Assembly (NCBI GenBank): GCA_963831295.1
Contig: CAWHPR010000002.1
Location: forward strand, 162,011-226,010
Length of the DNA: 64,000 bases
Reading direction: 5' to 3'
DNA from: an uncultured Thermoleophilia bacterium
Lineage (GTDB): Bacteria > Actinomycetota > Thermoleophilia > UBA2241
Shown piece after piece: positions 43,365-54,042 of the stretch. Within the stretch, counting starts at the first letter, position 1, and each line of letters starts with the position of its first letter. A program made the position numbers and the translations under genes. The notes under the pieces are model-generated. The model saw only the letters and a program-made list of their open reading frames with translations, was not told the origin of the DNA and ran no database searches.

Positions 43365-46300
43365 CGGAGGGCACCTCCTGAGGGCCCTGCGTCTGCAGCC
43401 GCACGACGTCCGCGAGCCGCTCGTGCTCGCGCTTGCGGGCCCGCGCCCACACCGAGACGCCGCAGGCGTACCTGATGTCGCAGTAGTCGCAGCCGCTCCT
43501 GCTCGTGCGCGGGAACAGACCCGCGTCGACGAGCGCCATCGCCTCGCCGACCAGAGCCTGGAGGCGCTCCCGCGCTCGCCCCTCTTCGTCGCGCAGCGGC
43601 AGGTCCTTGAACCCTCCCCGCCGGGTGACGAGGCGGTAGAGGCAGGCGATCGCGTCGCCGTCGGCTTCGTGAGCCTGTCTCACGGCGAGCTGGTAGACCG
43701 GGAGCTGCACGCTCAGACCGTTCTTGATGCGCCACTCCTCGCTCGTGCCGGAGCCGGTCTTGTAATCGATCACCCTGGCTCCGGACGGCGTCGCGTCGAC
43801 GCGGTCGAGGCGGCCCGCGAAGCGCACTCGCCGGCCGTCGCCGAGCTCGAGCGCGACCGGATGGTCGTGCCGCTCGCCGAAGCGCCACTCGAGCAGGACC
43901 GGGCGCTCGCCCGGGCGTGAGAACACCGGATCGCGCCGCACCGACTCGAGCAGGTCGTCGAGCAGCGCGGCGCGGCGGACCTCCCACGCGAGGGGCGCGC
44001 CCGTCACGCCGCTGTGCTCGGCCTCAGTGCAGACCGCCTGCCATGCCGAGACGACCGCGGCGAGCGCGCCGTCGAGCTCGAGACCCTCGGCGATGACCCG
44101 CTCGTAGGCGCGCTGCAGGATCTCGTGGGCGAGGATCCCGAACTCGAGAGCGTCGATCTCGAGGCTCTCCCCCGGCTCCTCGGGCACATCGAGCCCGAGA
44201 ACGTCGCGCACGAAGAAGACGAAGGGACAGCCGAGGTAGCGCTCGAGGCGCGTGGGGTGAAGCTCGGCGGAGAACGGGTGCCGCGCCGCCAGCGCGGCAC
44301 GGGCGCGGCCGCCGAGCAGACCGTCCCACGCGCCCACGTCGGGCGAACGCCCCGCGCGCCACTGGGCGGCGCGGCGTTCGGCCGCCAAAGCGTCGCCGAG
44401 GACGGCGGCGAGATACGCCCGCGCCGCGCCGCGGCCGTCGTCGCACAAAGCGAGCAGAGCCGCGACATCGCGCTCGCGCGCGTCGATCCAGGTGGTGGTC
44501 GCGGCCTCGTACGCGGGCACATCGGCGGCCTGCCGCCAGACCGCACCGAACGGCGCGCCGCCGAGGAACTCGTCGAGGGTCACGGCGTGGCCGGCGGCCA
44601 GCGACGCCGTCCTCAGAAGCAGGCGAGAGGGCAAGCGCGGACGGCCCGTCGCCGCCTCGGTGCGCGGCACGACCAGCGTGAGGCGCTCTCGCGCCGCCTC
44701 GCAGGCGAGGGCGAAGAGGAAGACCGACTCGGCCGCGCGCCGCTCGGCCAGCGGCAGGCGCACGCCCAAGGCGTCGGTGAGGCGACGACGCTCGGCATCA
44801 CCGAGGATGGGGTCCGGGCGCGAACGGGCCGGGAACCCTCCCTCGGCGAGCCCCGTGAACACGACCGTGTGGAAGCGGAGACCGCGGAGCTCGTGCGGTG
44901 TGAGGATCGCGACTCCGTCGCGCCCCGCCCTGCCGACAGGCACGAGGGTACCAGCCAGCAGGTCACGCAGCACCGCCGCCGCCTCGGCGGCCTCGACCGT
45001 CTCGCCCAGCACGTCGAGCGCGCCCAACCGCCCCGCCGCATCGCGCACGACGGTCGCCGCCGCCGGAGCGAAGAGGGTGTCCGCGAGGCCGCCGAGAGCG
45101 CCGGCCCACGCAGCCCACGTAGCGCTCGTCGGCAGGTCGGCGCAGGCACGAGCCAGGGCGGCGACCGCGGCCTCGAGCGTGCCGGCGGCGGCGAGCCGCA
45201 GGCGCTGCGTCTCGAGACGCTCGAGATCGTCGCCGCGCTCGAGGAGGTCGCCGCCCGCCTCGGCCTTCCCGACCCGGCGCGCCAGCGTGCGATGGCGACG
45301 ACCTAGGCGCTCGGCCCACTCGTCGAGGCCGGCGACGACGCCCGCTCGCCGCGCCTCGTCGAGCCAGAGGGCCGCCTCACGCGGCGTCGGGCTCGAGACA
45401 CGTAGCGGCGCCGCGACGAGCAGGTCGACGACGGCGCGGCGGGCGAACGGCGCACCCGCGTCGGGCGCCAGACACTCGACCAGACGGCGCAGCACGCGCA
45501 CCCCGTCACCCCGCTCGGGACGGCCGCACGCGACGGGCAACCCCGCCGCCTCGAGCCCCGACGCGAGCCGCTCGACGTCATCGGCGTGAGGAGCGACGAC
45601 GGCGCAATCCCAGAGAGCGGCGCCGCGGGCGGCCGCGTCGAGCACGGCGCGCACCGCCTCGCGCGTCTCACCGCGCTCGTCGGCGACCGAGACGACGCGC
45701 AACGAGCCGTCGTCTTCGAGCTCGAGCCCGGCGGACGAAGGCGACGCCGCGTCGGCCCACAACGCCGCCAGACGGTCGAGGGCGCGGCCCGGCGGAGCAG
45801 GCATCACGCGGCGCTCGCGAAGCCCGGCCGTCAGCCCGGCGGCGAGCGCGGTGGCCACGGCGGTGCCGGCGTCGCGAGGGATCGGGACGAACAGATCGGC
45901 GCCGCGTGACAGCAGCGCAGCGAGGAGAGTCTCCTGGGCCTCGTTGAGGTCGTAGAGACCGTACACGATGGTGTGGGCCGCAAGCGGCCCCGAGCGCGCC
46001 GCCCCGGCGGCCTCGAGGTGCAACTGCGCCGGATCGAGGGCGCCGCGCCGGCGCAGCTCGTCGTCGTACTCGCGGTACAGAGATCCGAGGTCGGCGGCCT
46101 TGGCGCCGTGACTCGCGACCGCCGCCCAGCCTGAGCCCGCCTCGACGCGCGCCTCGCGCAGATCGGCGAAGGCCGCCGCCAGGGCCTGAGGGAAGTGGGG
46201 CCGCGAGGACACGGGCCCGTAGTACGCCAGCCCTCGACTCGACTGCCGGGCGATCAGGCCGCACAGCAGCCGCTCGCGGGCGAGGCCGTCGAGGACCGTC

Positions 46301-46563
46301 GGCGGCGCCCCCCGTGCCCCCGTCACGAGATCGCGCGCCAGCCACCCCAGCGCGACGACCGACACGTTGGCGATCGCGCCGAGACGCCGCACGAGGAGGT
46401 CGCCGACGCGGGTGCGCACAGCGGCGGAGCCGACGAGGATGCGGAGAGGCTCGAGGGGGCGGCCGTGCCGGAGCTCGAGGACGCGCTCTGCGAGCGCGTC
46501 CTCGAGCTCCGCGAAGCGGCCGCTCACCAGCAGGCCGCGTGGTCGGTCGTCCCCTCCGGTCAT
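43351..46563 (-). CDS. addB: AddB-like inactive helicase/nuclease with Fe-S cysteines
   Basis: CPF...GRLDRVD...IDYKTG...QLPVY...CDYCDIRYAC; overlaps addA. Confidence 0.85.
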   Translation of the reverse strand: MTGGDDRPRGLLVSGRFAELEDALAERVLELRHGRPLEPLRILVGSAAVRTRVGDLLVRRLGAIANVSVVALGWLARDLVTGARGAPPTVLDGLARERLLCGLIARQSSRGLAYYGPVSSRPHFPQALAAAFADLREARVEAGSGWAAVASHGAKAADLGSLYREYDDELRRRGALDPAQLHLEAAGAARSGPLAAHTIVYGLYDLNEAQETLLAALLSRGADLFVPIPRDAGTAVATALAAGLTAGLRERRVMPAPPGRALDRLAALWADAASPSSAGLELEDDGSLRVVSVADERGETREAVRAVLDAAARGAALWDCAVVAPHADDVERLASGLEAAGLPVACGRPERGDGVRVLRRLVECLAPDAGAPFARRAVVDLLVAAPLRVSSPTPREAALWLDEARRAGVVAGLDEWAERLGRRHRTLARRVGKAEAGGDLLERGDDLERLETQRLRLAAAGTLEAAVAALARACADLPTSATWAAWAGALGGLADTLFAPAAATVVRDAAGRLGALDVLGETVEAAEAAAVLRDLLAGTLVPVGRAGRDGVAILTPHELRGLRFHTVVFTGLAEGGFPARSRPDPILGDAERRRLTDALGVRLPLAERRAAESVFLFALACEAARERLTLVVPRTEAATGRPRLPSRLLLRTASLAAGHAVTLDEFLGGAPFGAVWRQAADVPAYEAATTTWIDARERDVAALLALCDDGRGAARAYLAAVLGDALAAERRAAQWRAGRSPDVGAWDGLLGGRARAALAARHPFSAELHPTRLERYLGCPFVFFVRDVLGLDVPEEPGESLEIDALEFGILAHEILQRAYERVIAEGLELDGALAAVVSAWQAVCTEAEHSGVTGAPLAWEVRRAALLDDLLESVRRDPVFSRPGERPVLLEWRFGERHDHPVALELGDGRRVRFAGRLDRVDATPSGARVIDYKTGSGTSEEWRIKNGLSVQLPVYQLAVRQAHEADGDAIACLYRLVTRRGGFKDLPLRDEEGRARERLQALVGEAMALVDAGLFPRTSRSGCDYCDIRYACGVSVWARARKREHERLADVVRLQTQGPQEVPSDDVR

Positions 46564-46754
46564 CCCGAGCCGGAGCCTACCACGGCGCTCGGACGCCATG
46601 CCGGGGGCCCGAGGACGACCGGCGGCGGCCACCCTCGGCAGGCCCGACAGGTGCATCGTGATACCATCGCCGCGGCCGGGGCAGACAGTCCGCGGCCGCG
46701 CAAGGAAGTCGGTAGACCCTGAGCCTGTCATCCAGCACCGTTCGTCGGGGCCTC

Positions 46755-47735
46755 GTGCTCGTCGCGCTCGCACTCGCGGGCGTCGTCGCCGTCGGCCTCG
46801 CGATGACGTGGCGCCAGAGCGGCGCCGGCAGCGCCGCCACCCCTGAGCCGGCTTCCAGCGAGCCGGCCGGCGAGGTGATCGTCCCCAACGACCGCACAGT
46901 CAAAGCCGACCTGCTCGAGCAGCTCGAGCGACCACCGCAGGTGCTGATCTTCGGAGGCTCGAGAGCCACTCGTTTCGAGCCCGCCTACCTCGAGCGGCTC
47001 ACCGGGCTGCGCGGCTTCAACCTCGCGCTCCAGAACGGCCGCCCCGAAGACGCCTGGGCCTTCGTCAATCGGGCGCACATCGACCACCCCAAGACGCGCC
47101 TTCACGTCGTCTGGTTCATCCATGTCGAGGCGTTCCGCGCCCAGGGGCTTTCGTTCGGCCTCATCCAGGACGAACGCCTGTCGCAGTTCTTCCCCGACGC
47201 ACTGATCGCCCGTGAGAGCGAGAAGATACCGACCACCGAGGCGGAGATCCCCGACCGCAAAGACCTGAACCTGACCACGTACGGGGCCGACGGCGTCGTC
47301 CTGCGCAACCGCTACGACATCCGTCTCGAGAACGGGTACACGCTCGAACGCGGGCTCGAGTGGTCGGTGAACAAGGCGGTCGAGCGCTACGCCACGACGA
47401 CACCCGCCCTCGACCCGCGCTCGACGAAGTACCTCGAGAAGACGCTCCGCCTGCTGAACCGCCTGGGGGCGAAGCCCGCGCTCGTGCTGATGCCGATCCA
47501 CCCGACCCTCCTCGAGGCTGTGCGCCCGGCGGGCTGGGGGACGCGGCATCGCGAGGTCCTCGACTACCTCGACGGACTGCAGAAGAAGTACGACTTCGTC
47601 GCCCTCGACCTCAGCCGCCTCGACAGCGTGAACGGCGACCCGGACGCCTTCTACGACGGCTTCCACATCACGCGCAGCAACGCGCGCCGGGTACTCGATA
47701 CGGTCGCGCGTCGGGCGCCCGCCTGCTTCGAGTAG
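46755..47735 (+). CDS. Membrane-anchored SGNH/DltD-like protein (start uncertain)
   Basis: N-terminal hydrophobic helix, IFGGSR block and C-terminal FYDGFH (DxxH) motif. Confidence 0.65.
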   Translation: MLVALALAGVVAVGLAMTWRQSGAGSAATPEPASSEPAGEVIVPNDRTVKADLLEQLERPPQVLIFGGSRATRFEPAYLERLTGLRGFNLALQNGRPEDAWAFVNRAHIDHPKTRLHVVWFIHVEAFRAQGLSFGLIQDERLSQFFPDALIARESEKIPTTEAEIPDRKDLNLTTYGADGVVLRNRYDIRLENGYTLERGLEWSVNKAVERYATTTPALDPRSTKYLEKTLRLLNRLGAKPALVLMPIHPTLLEAVRPAGWGTRHREVLDYLDGLQKKYDFVALDLSRLDSVNGDPDAFYDGFHITRSNARRVLDTVARRAPACFE

Positions 47736-47793
47736 TCGAGGCGTTCCCGATCCCGGGCGAGAGCCAAGCCGGACAGGTCCCCGCGGCGACGCC

Positions 47794-48300
47794 TCAGGTC
47801 AGCGCCTCCACGAGCGTCCGCCGCTCCGGGAAGAGGCGCAGCAGCTCCTCGCGCCCACCCAGCTCGAAGTCGTCGTAGTCGAAGCCGGGCGTCACGATGC
47901 AGGCGACGAGCGACCAGGCGCGCTCGGCCGGCGAACGCCGGGCGCCGGCGATGCGCGCGGCTTGCCACACGCCGGCGTGCACGAGCGCCTGTGGCTGCCG
48001 CGCCGCGCCGCCCGCCGTGGCGGGGCCGCCGAGCACCACGCTCGACTCTCCGAAGACCGACAGGCGCACGAGCTCGAGCGGCACGCCTCCCTGGAAGATC
48101 CAGAGCTCGTCGCTCGCCAGCCGATGCAGGCGACTGGGCGACGCAGCCGTCACGAGGAAGAGGATCGCCGTCGTTGCGGCGCGTTCGCCGCGTGGCGTCT
48201 CGATGCACGTCGCGGCGCGATACGTCTCCCTGAAGAAGCCCCCCTCGGGGTGCGCCTCGAGACCGAGGGTCGCCGCCATCTCAGCCGCCGTGGGTCGCAT
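47794..48300 (-). CDS. Cupin domain protein (DUF985/Cupin_5)
   Basis: LEAHPEGGFFRETY, SRLHRL.SDELW, WQAA, VTPGFDYDDFEL. Confidence 0.9.
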   Translation of the reverse strand: MRPTAAEMAATLGLEAHPEGGFFRETYRAATCIETPRGERAATTAILFLVTAASPSRLHRLASDELWIFQGGVPLELVRLSVFGESSVVLGGPATAGGAARQPQALVHAGVWQAARIAGARRSPAERAWSLVACIVTPGFDYDDFELGGREELLRLFPERRTLVEALT

Positions 48301-48386
48301 GCGCCCAGCATAGCGACGAGACGATGACGTGTCAGTGGGATCCGGCGGCGCCGGGCCTCGCCGGCGGGCGCGTCCCGCAACGTAGC

Positions 48387-48419
48387 GAGGCCCCTCCACC
48401 AGCTGGCCGGAGGGGCCTC
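48387..48419 (-). terminator. Hairpin just downstream of rnpB
   Basis: GAGGCCCCTCC...GGAGGGGCCTC inverted repeat. Confidence 0.6.
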
Positions 48420-48424
48420 ACCTT

Positions 48425-48802
48425 AGCAAGCCGTAAGCCGGATCCTGTCGTGGGTGGCCATCCATCTCGACCGTCCGTCGCCGGACGGCTCTAGCGGCTG
48501 GAACCCGGGAGCTTCGGGCGAGCAACCCTCAGACGCTCCCCTATTTGGCCTTGCACCGGGCGGGGCTTGCCGAGCCGGCCTGTCACCAGACCGCTGGTGG
48601 GCTCTTGCCCCACCGTTTCACCCTTGCCCGCACCCCCGAAGGGGCCGTTGGCGGTCTGCTCTCTGTTGCGCTTTCCCTCGGCTTTCGCCGGCTGGACGTT
48701 ATCCAGCGCCCTGCTCTGCGGTGTCCGGACTTTCCTCGACGGGTGCCTCGCCCGCTCCGAGGAGACGGGAGACGCGGGGCCGCCGCGGCCACCTGGCTTG
48801 CC
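48425..48802 (-). ncRNA. rnpB: RNase P RNA (type A)
   Basis: GAGGAAAGTCCGGAC, GCAACAGAGAGCAGACCGCC, GGTGAAACGGTGGGGCAAGAGCCCAC, ACAGGATCCGGCTTA; P1 pairing; -10 TACACT at 48808-48813. Confidence 0.97.
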
Positions 48803-48848
48803 CTCCAAGTGTACCCGACATGGCCCGCGGTCACCGGAAGATGTCCGT

Positions 48849-48910
48849 CTGCGGGGACGCTCCTGCGGGGACGCTCCTGCGGGGATGTTCCTGCGGGGAT
48901 GTTCCCGCGG
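48849..48910. repeat. 14-bp tandem repeat CTGCGGGGA(C/T)G(C/T)TC, four copies plus a partial
   Basis: Read directly: two CTGCGGGGACGCTC units, two CTGCGGGGATGTTC units, no spacers. Confidence 0.9.
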
Positions 48911-48912
48911 CG

Positions 48913-49665
48913 TCAGCCCCGCGCCGCGGGGCTCAGCTCGGCCGCCGCCGCCGCGTCGACGAACCAGGTGAGCGAGCCCTTGAGGGGCGCGACGGCCTGC
49001 GCGGGCACCGCCTTCGGCACGCGCAGGCCCTCGAGCACCTCCGCGACCATGCCCGCCTTGCGCGCGCCGCTCACGAGGAACCAGACGCGCCGCGCGGCGT
49101 CGATCACGGGATAGGTGACGGTGACGCGCGAGGAGCCGTCGGGCGCCTCCGTCGCGACGGCCAGCCGCTCCTCCTCATCCAGAGCGGGACTGTGCGGGAA
49201 GAGCGAGGCCGTGTGGCCGTCCGCGCCGAGGCCGAGGAGCACGAGGTCGAAGACCGGCAGCTCGCTCGTCGGCCGCTCGAGCGCGGCGAGGGCGCGGAGC
49301 TCCTTCTCGCAGGCGAGCGCCGCCGCCTCCGGCCCCTCTTCCCCGCGCACCCGGTGCACGTTGGCCTCCGGCACCGGCACGTGGCGGATGAAGAGCCGCT
49401 CGGCGGCGCCGTAGTTGCTCCGCGGGTCGTCCGCCGGCACGCAGCGCTCGTCGCCCCAATAGAGGTGGACGCGGCGCCACGGGATCTTCTGGGTGAACTG
49501 CTGACGCGCCAGCAGCCGGTACAGCGGCTGTGGCGCGGCGCCGCCGCTCAGCGCGACCGCGAAGCGGCCGCGGGCGGCGGCGGCCTCCTGAGCCGCTTGG
49601 GCGAAGAGTTCGGCGGCCCGCGCCGCGAGGGCGTCCTCATCGGGCAGGATCTCGACACTCACCAT
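48913..49665 (-). CDS. pgl: 6-phosphogluconolactonase
   Basis: [28 protein letters not shown]. Confidence 0.95.
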   Translation of the reverse strand: MVSVEILPDEDALAARAAELFAQAAQEAAAARGRFAVALSGGAAPQPLYRLLARQQFTQKIPWRRVHLYWGDERCVPADDPRSNYGAAERLFIRHVPVPEANVHRVRGEEGPEAAALACEKELRALAALERPTSELPVFDLVLLGLGADGHTASLFPHSPALDEEERLAVATEAPDGSSRVTVTYPVIDAARRVWFLVSGARKAGMVAEVLEGLRVPKAVPAQAVAPLKGSLTWFVDAAAAAELSPAARG

Positions 49666-51365
49666 CCACCTCCGTCCGGTCGGCCGTCGAGACCCCACAG
49701 GGGCCGTCTCCAGCTGTTGCCGTCGCGCGCCACCAGGGCGTCGGCCGCTTCGGGTCCCCATGTCCCCGCCTCGTAGATCGGGACGCCGCGACGCGACGCC
49801 GTCGACCACGCCTCGAGCACCGGCTCCATGATGCGCCACGCCTCTTCGATCTGGTCGCCGCGCTTGAAGAGGGTCATGTCGCCCTGCATCACATCGACGA
49901 GGACGGTCTCGTAGGCGCTGAACGGCAGCTCGCGCAGCGCACTGCCGTACGAGTAGTCCATGTGGACCGGCTTCAGCGCCACGTCGTGCCCCGGCACCTT
50001 GGACTCGATCCGCAGGGAGAAGCCCTCGTCCGGCTGCACGCGCAGGACGAGCTGGTCGGGGGCGAGTCCGCCGCGCCCCTGCAGCGCGTCGCGAAAGAGC
50101 AGGACCGGAGGCCGCTGGAACTGGATGGCGATCTCGGTCACCCGGCCGGCGAGGCGCTTGCCGGTCCGCAGGTAGAAGGGGACACCTTGCCAGCGCCAAT
50201 TGTCGACGAGCAGCTTGACGGCGGCGTAGGTCTCGGTGGTGGAGCCGGAGGCGACCTTCTTCTCCTCGCGATACGCGGGCACCGCGCCCCCGTCGATCAG
50301 GCCCTGCACGTACTGCCCGCGCGCCGCGAAGAGATCCACCTTGTCGCGCGGGATCGGGCGCACCGCTCGCAGCAGCTTGATCTTCTCGTCGCGGATCGCC
50401 TCGGCGTCGAAGGCGACCGGCGGCTCCATCGCGACCAGGGCGAAGAGCTGGACCAGATGAGGCTTGATCATGTCGCGCAGGGCGCCCGCTTCTTCGTAGT
50501 ACGAGCCCCGGTGCTCGACCCCCAGGGTCTCAGCGGCCGTGATCTGCACGTGGTCGACGAAGCGCCGGTTCCAGATCGGCTCGAAGAGCGTGTTGGCGAA
50601 GCGCAGCACCAGCACGTTCTGCACCGTCTCCTTGGCGAGGTAGTGGTCGATGCGGTAGACCTGCCGTTCGTCGAAGACGTCGCGGACGATCGCGTTCAGC
50701 GCGCGGGCGCTCTCGAGGTCCCTGCCGAAGGGCTTCTCGATGACGACCCGCGTCCACCCCGGCGTCGGCGCCCCGGCGAGGTCCGCCCCGCCCCAGGCGC
50801 CGGTGCGGGCGAGGCCGCTCTCCTGGAGACCCCGCACGATCACGGGGAACTGACTGGGCGGGGTCGCCAGATAGAAGATGCGGTTGCCCGCGGTGCCGCC
50901 GTCCCGATCGAGGTCGTCGAGCACGGCGCCCAGCCGGCGGTACGCCTCAGGGTCGTCGAACTGCCCCTGCACGTAGCGCGGCGCACGCAGGATGCGCTCG
51001 CACGCCTCGCCGTCGGTCTGCTCCTCGCCGTAGTAGTCGTCGATGGCCCGCAGCATGAGCTCGCGGGCGGCGTCGTCGTCGAGCTCCTGCCGGCCGAAGC
51101 CGACGATCGTGAACTCGCTCGGCACGACCCCATGGCAGGCGAGGTCGTAGAGGGCCGGGAGCAGCTTGCGGTGGGCGAGATCGCCGGTGATGCCGAAGAT
51201 GACGAGCGTGCACGGGTCGGGGCCCGGGCCCGAGGGGAAGGGCGACGGGGCGGCCGCGGCGCTGCGCGCCGCGGCCGCCCCGTCGCCGTCCACATCGTAG
51301 CCGGCGTCGTCGACCTCGTCGTAGCCGATCCCGCCGAGCAGACCGCGCTCCCGGTCGTCGCCCAC
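49659..51365 (-). CDS. zwf: Glucose-6-phosphate 1-dehydrogenase
   Basis: [38 protein letters not shown]. Confidence 0.97.
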   Translation of the reverse strand: MGDDRERGLLGGIGYDEVDDAGYDVDGDGAAAARSAAAAPSPFPSGPGPDPCTLVIFGITGDLAHRKLLPALYDLACHGVVPSEFTIVGFGRQELDDDAARELMLRAIDDYYGEEQTDGEACERILRAPRYVQGQFDDPEAYRRLGAVLDDLDRDGGTAGNRIFYLATPPSQFPVIVRGLQESGLARTGAWGGADLAGAPTPGWTRVVIEKPFGRDLESARALNAIVRDVFDERQVYRIDHYLAKETVQNVLVLRFANTLFEPIWNRRFVDHVQITAAETLGVEHRGSYYEEAGALRDMIKPHLVQLFALVAMEPPVAFDAEAIRDEKIKLLRAVRPIPRDKVDLFAARGQYVQGLIDGGAVPAYREEKKVASGSTTETYAAVKLLVDNWRWQGVPFYLRTGKRLAGRVTEIAIQFQRPPVLLFRDALQGRGGLAPDQLVLRVQPDEGFSLRIESKVPGHDVALKPVHMDYSYGSALRELPFSAYETVLVDVMQGDMTLFKRGDQIEEAWRIMEPVLEAWSTASRRGVPIYEAGTWGPEAADALVARDGNSWRRPLWGLDGRPDGGGW

Positions 51366-52265
51366 TCAGCGCTCCTTCACCGCGTGGCCGCCGAACTCCT
51401 GACGCAGCGCCGACAGCACCCGGGCGCTGAACGAGTCGTCCTGGCGCGAGCGGAACCTCAGGTAGAGCGAGAGCGCGATGACCGGCAGCGGCACGCCCAG
51501 CTCGATCGACTGCTCGACGGTCCAGCGGCCCTCCCCGGTGTCCTCGACGTAGCCGCGGATATCCTCGAGCTGCGGGTCCTTCGCGAAGGCGGACGCGGCC
51601 AGCTCGAGCAGCCATGAGCGCACCACGCTGCCGTTGTTCCAGAGGTCGGCGATCTGCCCGAGGTCGAGATCCCAGGGCGCGGCCGCCAGCAGCTCGAAGC
51701 CCTCGCCGTAGGCCTGCATCATGCCGTACTCGACGCCGTTGTGGACCATCTTCACGAAGTGGCCGGCGCCGTGCCCTCCCATGTAGCCGTACCCGGTCCC
51801 GCCGGGTGCCAGCGTGCGCAACAGCGGCTCGATGTGGTCGAAGGCCGAACGCTCTCCGCCCACCATCATGCAGTAGCCCACCTCGAGTCCCCAGACGCCC
51901 CCGGAGGTGCCCACGTCCAGGTACCGCACGCCGTGCTCACCGAGAGCCTCGCCACGCAGGACGTCCTCCTTGAAGAACGAGTTGCCGCCGTCGACGAGCA
52001 CGTCGTTCTCGTCGAGCAGCGGCGCGAGCTCGTCGACGGCCGCCTGGGTCGTCGCGCCGTGCGGCAGCATGAGCCAGACGACGCGCGGCGGCGCCAGCGC
52101 CGCGACGACGTCGGCGAGATGGCGAACGGGCTCGGCGCCCTCCGCCGCCAGCTCTTCAGCGCGCGCGAACGTGCGGTTGTGGACCACGACGCGATGACCG
52201 TCGCGCAGAAGCCGGCGCGCCATGTTGGCGCCCATCCGGCCGAGCCCGACCATGGCGACGTCCAT
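51366..52265 (-). CDS. gnd: Short-chain decarboxylating 6-phosphogluconate dehydrogenase
   Basis: GLGRMG, DGGNS, GTSGGVWG, KMVHNGVEYG, LRQEFGGH; own GGAGG RBS. Confidence 0.95.
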   Translation of the reverse strand: MDVAMVGLGRMGANMARRLLRDGHRVVVHNRTFARAEELAAEGAEPVRHLADVVAALAPPRVVWLMLPHGATTQAAVDELAPLLDENDVLVDGGNSFFKEDVLRGEALGEHGVRYLDVGTSGGVWGLEVGYCMMVGGERSAFDHIEPLLRTLAPGGTGYGYMGGHGAGHFVKMVHNGVEYGMMQAYGEGFELLAAAPWDLDLGQIADLWNNGSVVRSWLLELAASAFAKDPQLEDIRGYVEDTGEGRWTVEQSIELGVPLPVIALSLYLRFRSRQDDSFSARVLSALRQEFGGHAVKER

Positions 52266-52354
52266 TGCCTCCTCCTCACCGCCCGGCGCAGACCTGGGCG
52301 CTCGTGTCTCGCAGGGCGCCCGCGCCACCTCGACCGGCCGGCGCGGGGCGGACC

Positions 52355-54041
52355 TCAGCCCGCGAGTACCCGTCCGAGAAGATCCCGGAACCCGCGCAGC
52401 CCCCCGACCGCGTCCTCGCCGAGGTCGACGCGCAGCACGCGGCCGCCGTGCGCCGACAGTGCCTGCAGGTCGCCGAGCGCCTGCGCCGCCTTGAGACCTC
52501 GGAAGCTGTAGGGACGCCCCGGCACGGGTAGCTCGCAGACCGCCTTCGGAGACGAGTTGGATGAAGATGCCGCGCGACGGCCCGCCCTTGTGGTACTGGC
52601 CGGTCGAGTGCAGGAACCGGGGGCCGAAACCCGCGCTCGTCGCCGTGCGCCGTTCGTCGCGCAGAAGCCGGCGCATCGCCTCGAGCTCGCCGCGGGCGGC
52701 GGCGCCCGGTGTGAGCCAGGCGTGCAGCGCGACGTACGCGGGCGGCGCCATGGCGCCCGTGAGCGCCCGGAGGGCGGGCTCGAGGCCGTCGTCGCCGAGG
52801 GTGAAGGCGACGGCCTCACCGGCGGGACCCTCCGGCAGCGACACCTCGCCACCCTCCTCGATCTCCGCGAGCACGCGCCTCGTGTTGTCCTTGCTCTCCT
52901 GCACGTTGGGCTGGTCGAACGGGTCGATGTCCAGAGCGTGTCCGGCGACCGCGACCGCCAGCTCCCACAGCAGGAACTGCCCGGCGATGTCCGCGCCGTC
53001 GTGCAGCTCCTGCCGCAGGACGGGCACCCCCGCCGCTTCGATCGCGGCGACCGCGGCGTCCTGCGCGGGGTCGGCATCGTGGGCGTGCCGCAGGTACACG
53101 ACGACGCGGTCGTCGCCGTACGCATCCGGAGGACCGAGCGGCTCCGCGTCGACCGGGAAGAGCCCGGTACCCTCCTTGCCCGTGCTCTCGGCGACGAGTT
53201 GCTCGGCCCACGCGCCGAAGGCGCCGACGGCGGACGACGCGACCAGCGTCAGCTTGTCGCGGCCGGCCGCCACGGCCTCGGCGAACCACGCGCCCATCAC
53301 CAGCGCCGGGTTCTCCTCGGCGGCCACGTCCCCGCCGCACGCCTCCGCCATCGCATCGGCCCGGTCGAGCAGGTCCACGAGGTCGGCGCCGAAGAGAGCG
53401 GCCGGGACGAGACCGAAGAACGAGAGCGCCGAGTACCGGCCGCCGATGTCGTCCGGGTTCACGAAGACGGCGCGAAAACCCTGGTCGAGCGCCTGCCGGT
53501 GCAGGGACGTCTCTTCGTCGGTGATCGCGACGAAGCGGCGGCCGGCCTCGCCGTCGCCGACACGCTCCCGGACACGCTCGTAGAAGTAGGCGTGCAGGCA
53601 GGCCGTCTCGGTCGTGCCGCCGGACTTGCTGGCGACGATGAAGAGCGTCGCGTCCAGATCGACGCCGCTCTCGACCGCGGCGATCGCCCGCGCGTCGGTG
53701 GTGTCGAGGACGACGAGATCGAGCGCGCCCTCCCGAGCGCCCAGCGCGAACGCCAACACCTCGGGCGCCAGGCTGGAGCCGCCCATCCCCAGAAGGACCG
53801 CGTGACGGAAACCTTCAGCGGCGAGCTCCGCCACGAACGCGCTGACCTCCGCGAGCTCGGCGCGCACGTCCTCGACCACGGGCAGCCACCCGAGGGAACG
53901 GGCGATCACGCGCTGGTGGGCCTCGTCGCCGGCCTTCCACAGGGTCGCGTCCGCCGCCCAGAGGCGTGCCATGACGCGGTCTTCCTCGAACCGCGCGAGG
54001 CGCCGCGCGACGGCGTCGGCGAAGGCGGCGCGCGCGCTCAC
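52355..54041 (-). CDS. pgi: Glucose-6-phosphate isomerase (frameshift near 52538)
   Basis: GMGGSSL, SKSGGT, GGRYSALS, ESTGK, DQPNVQESK, HSTGQYHKGG. The C-terminus (ELPVPG..YSF..L..AQALGD) is in another frame ending at 52355. Confidence 0.88.
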
Positions 54042-54042
54042 T

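Noticed and set aside
39852-46563. Helicase-nuclease pair as an anti-phage defence system
   Set aside because: Architecture and motifs fit ordinary AddAB-type recombination repair.
48849-48910. Possible CRISPR array
   Set aside because: The units are 14 bp, contiguous and without spacers, and no cas genes are present.
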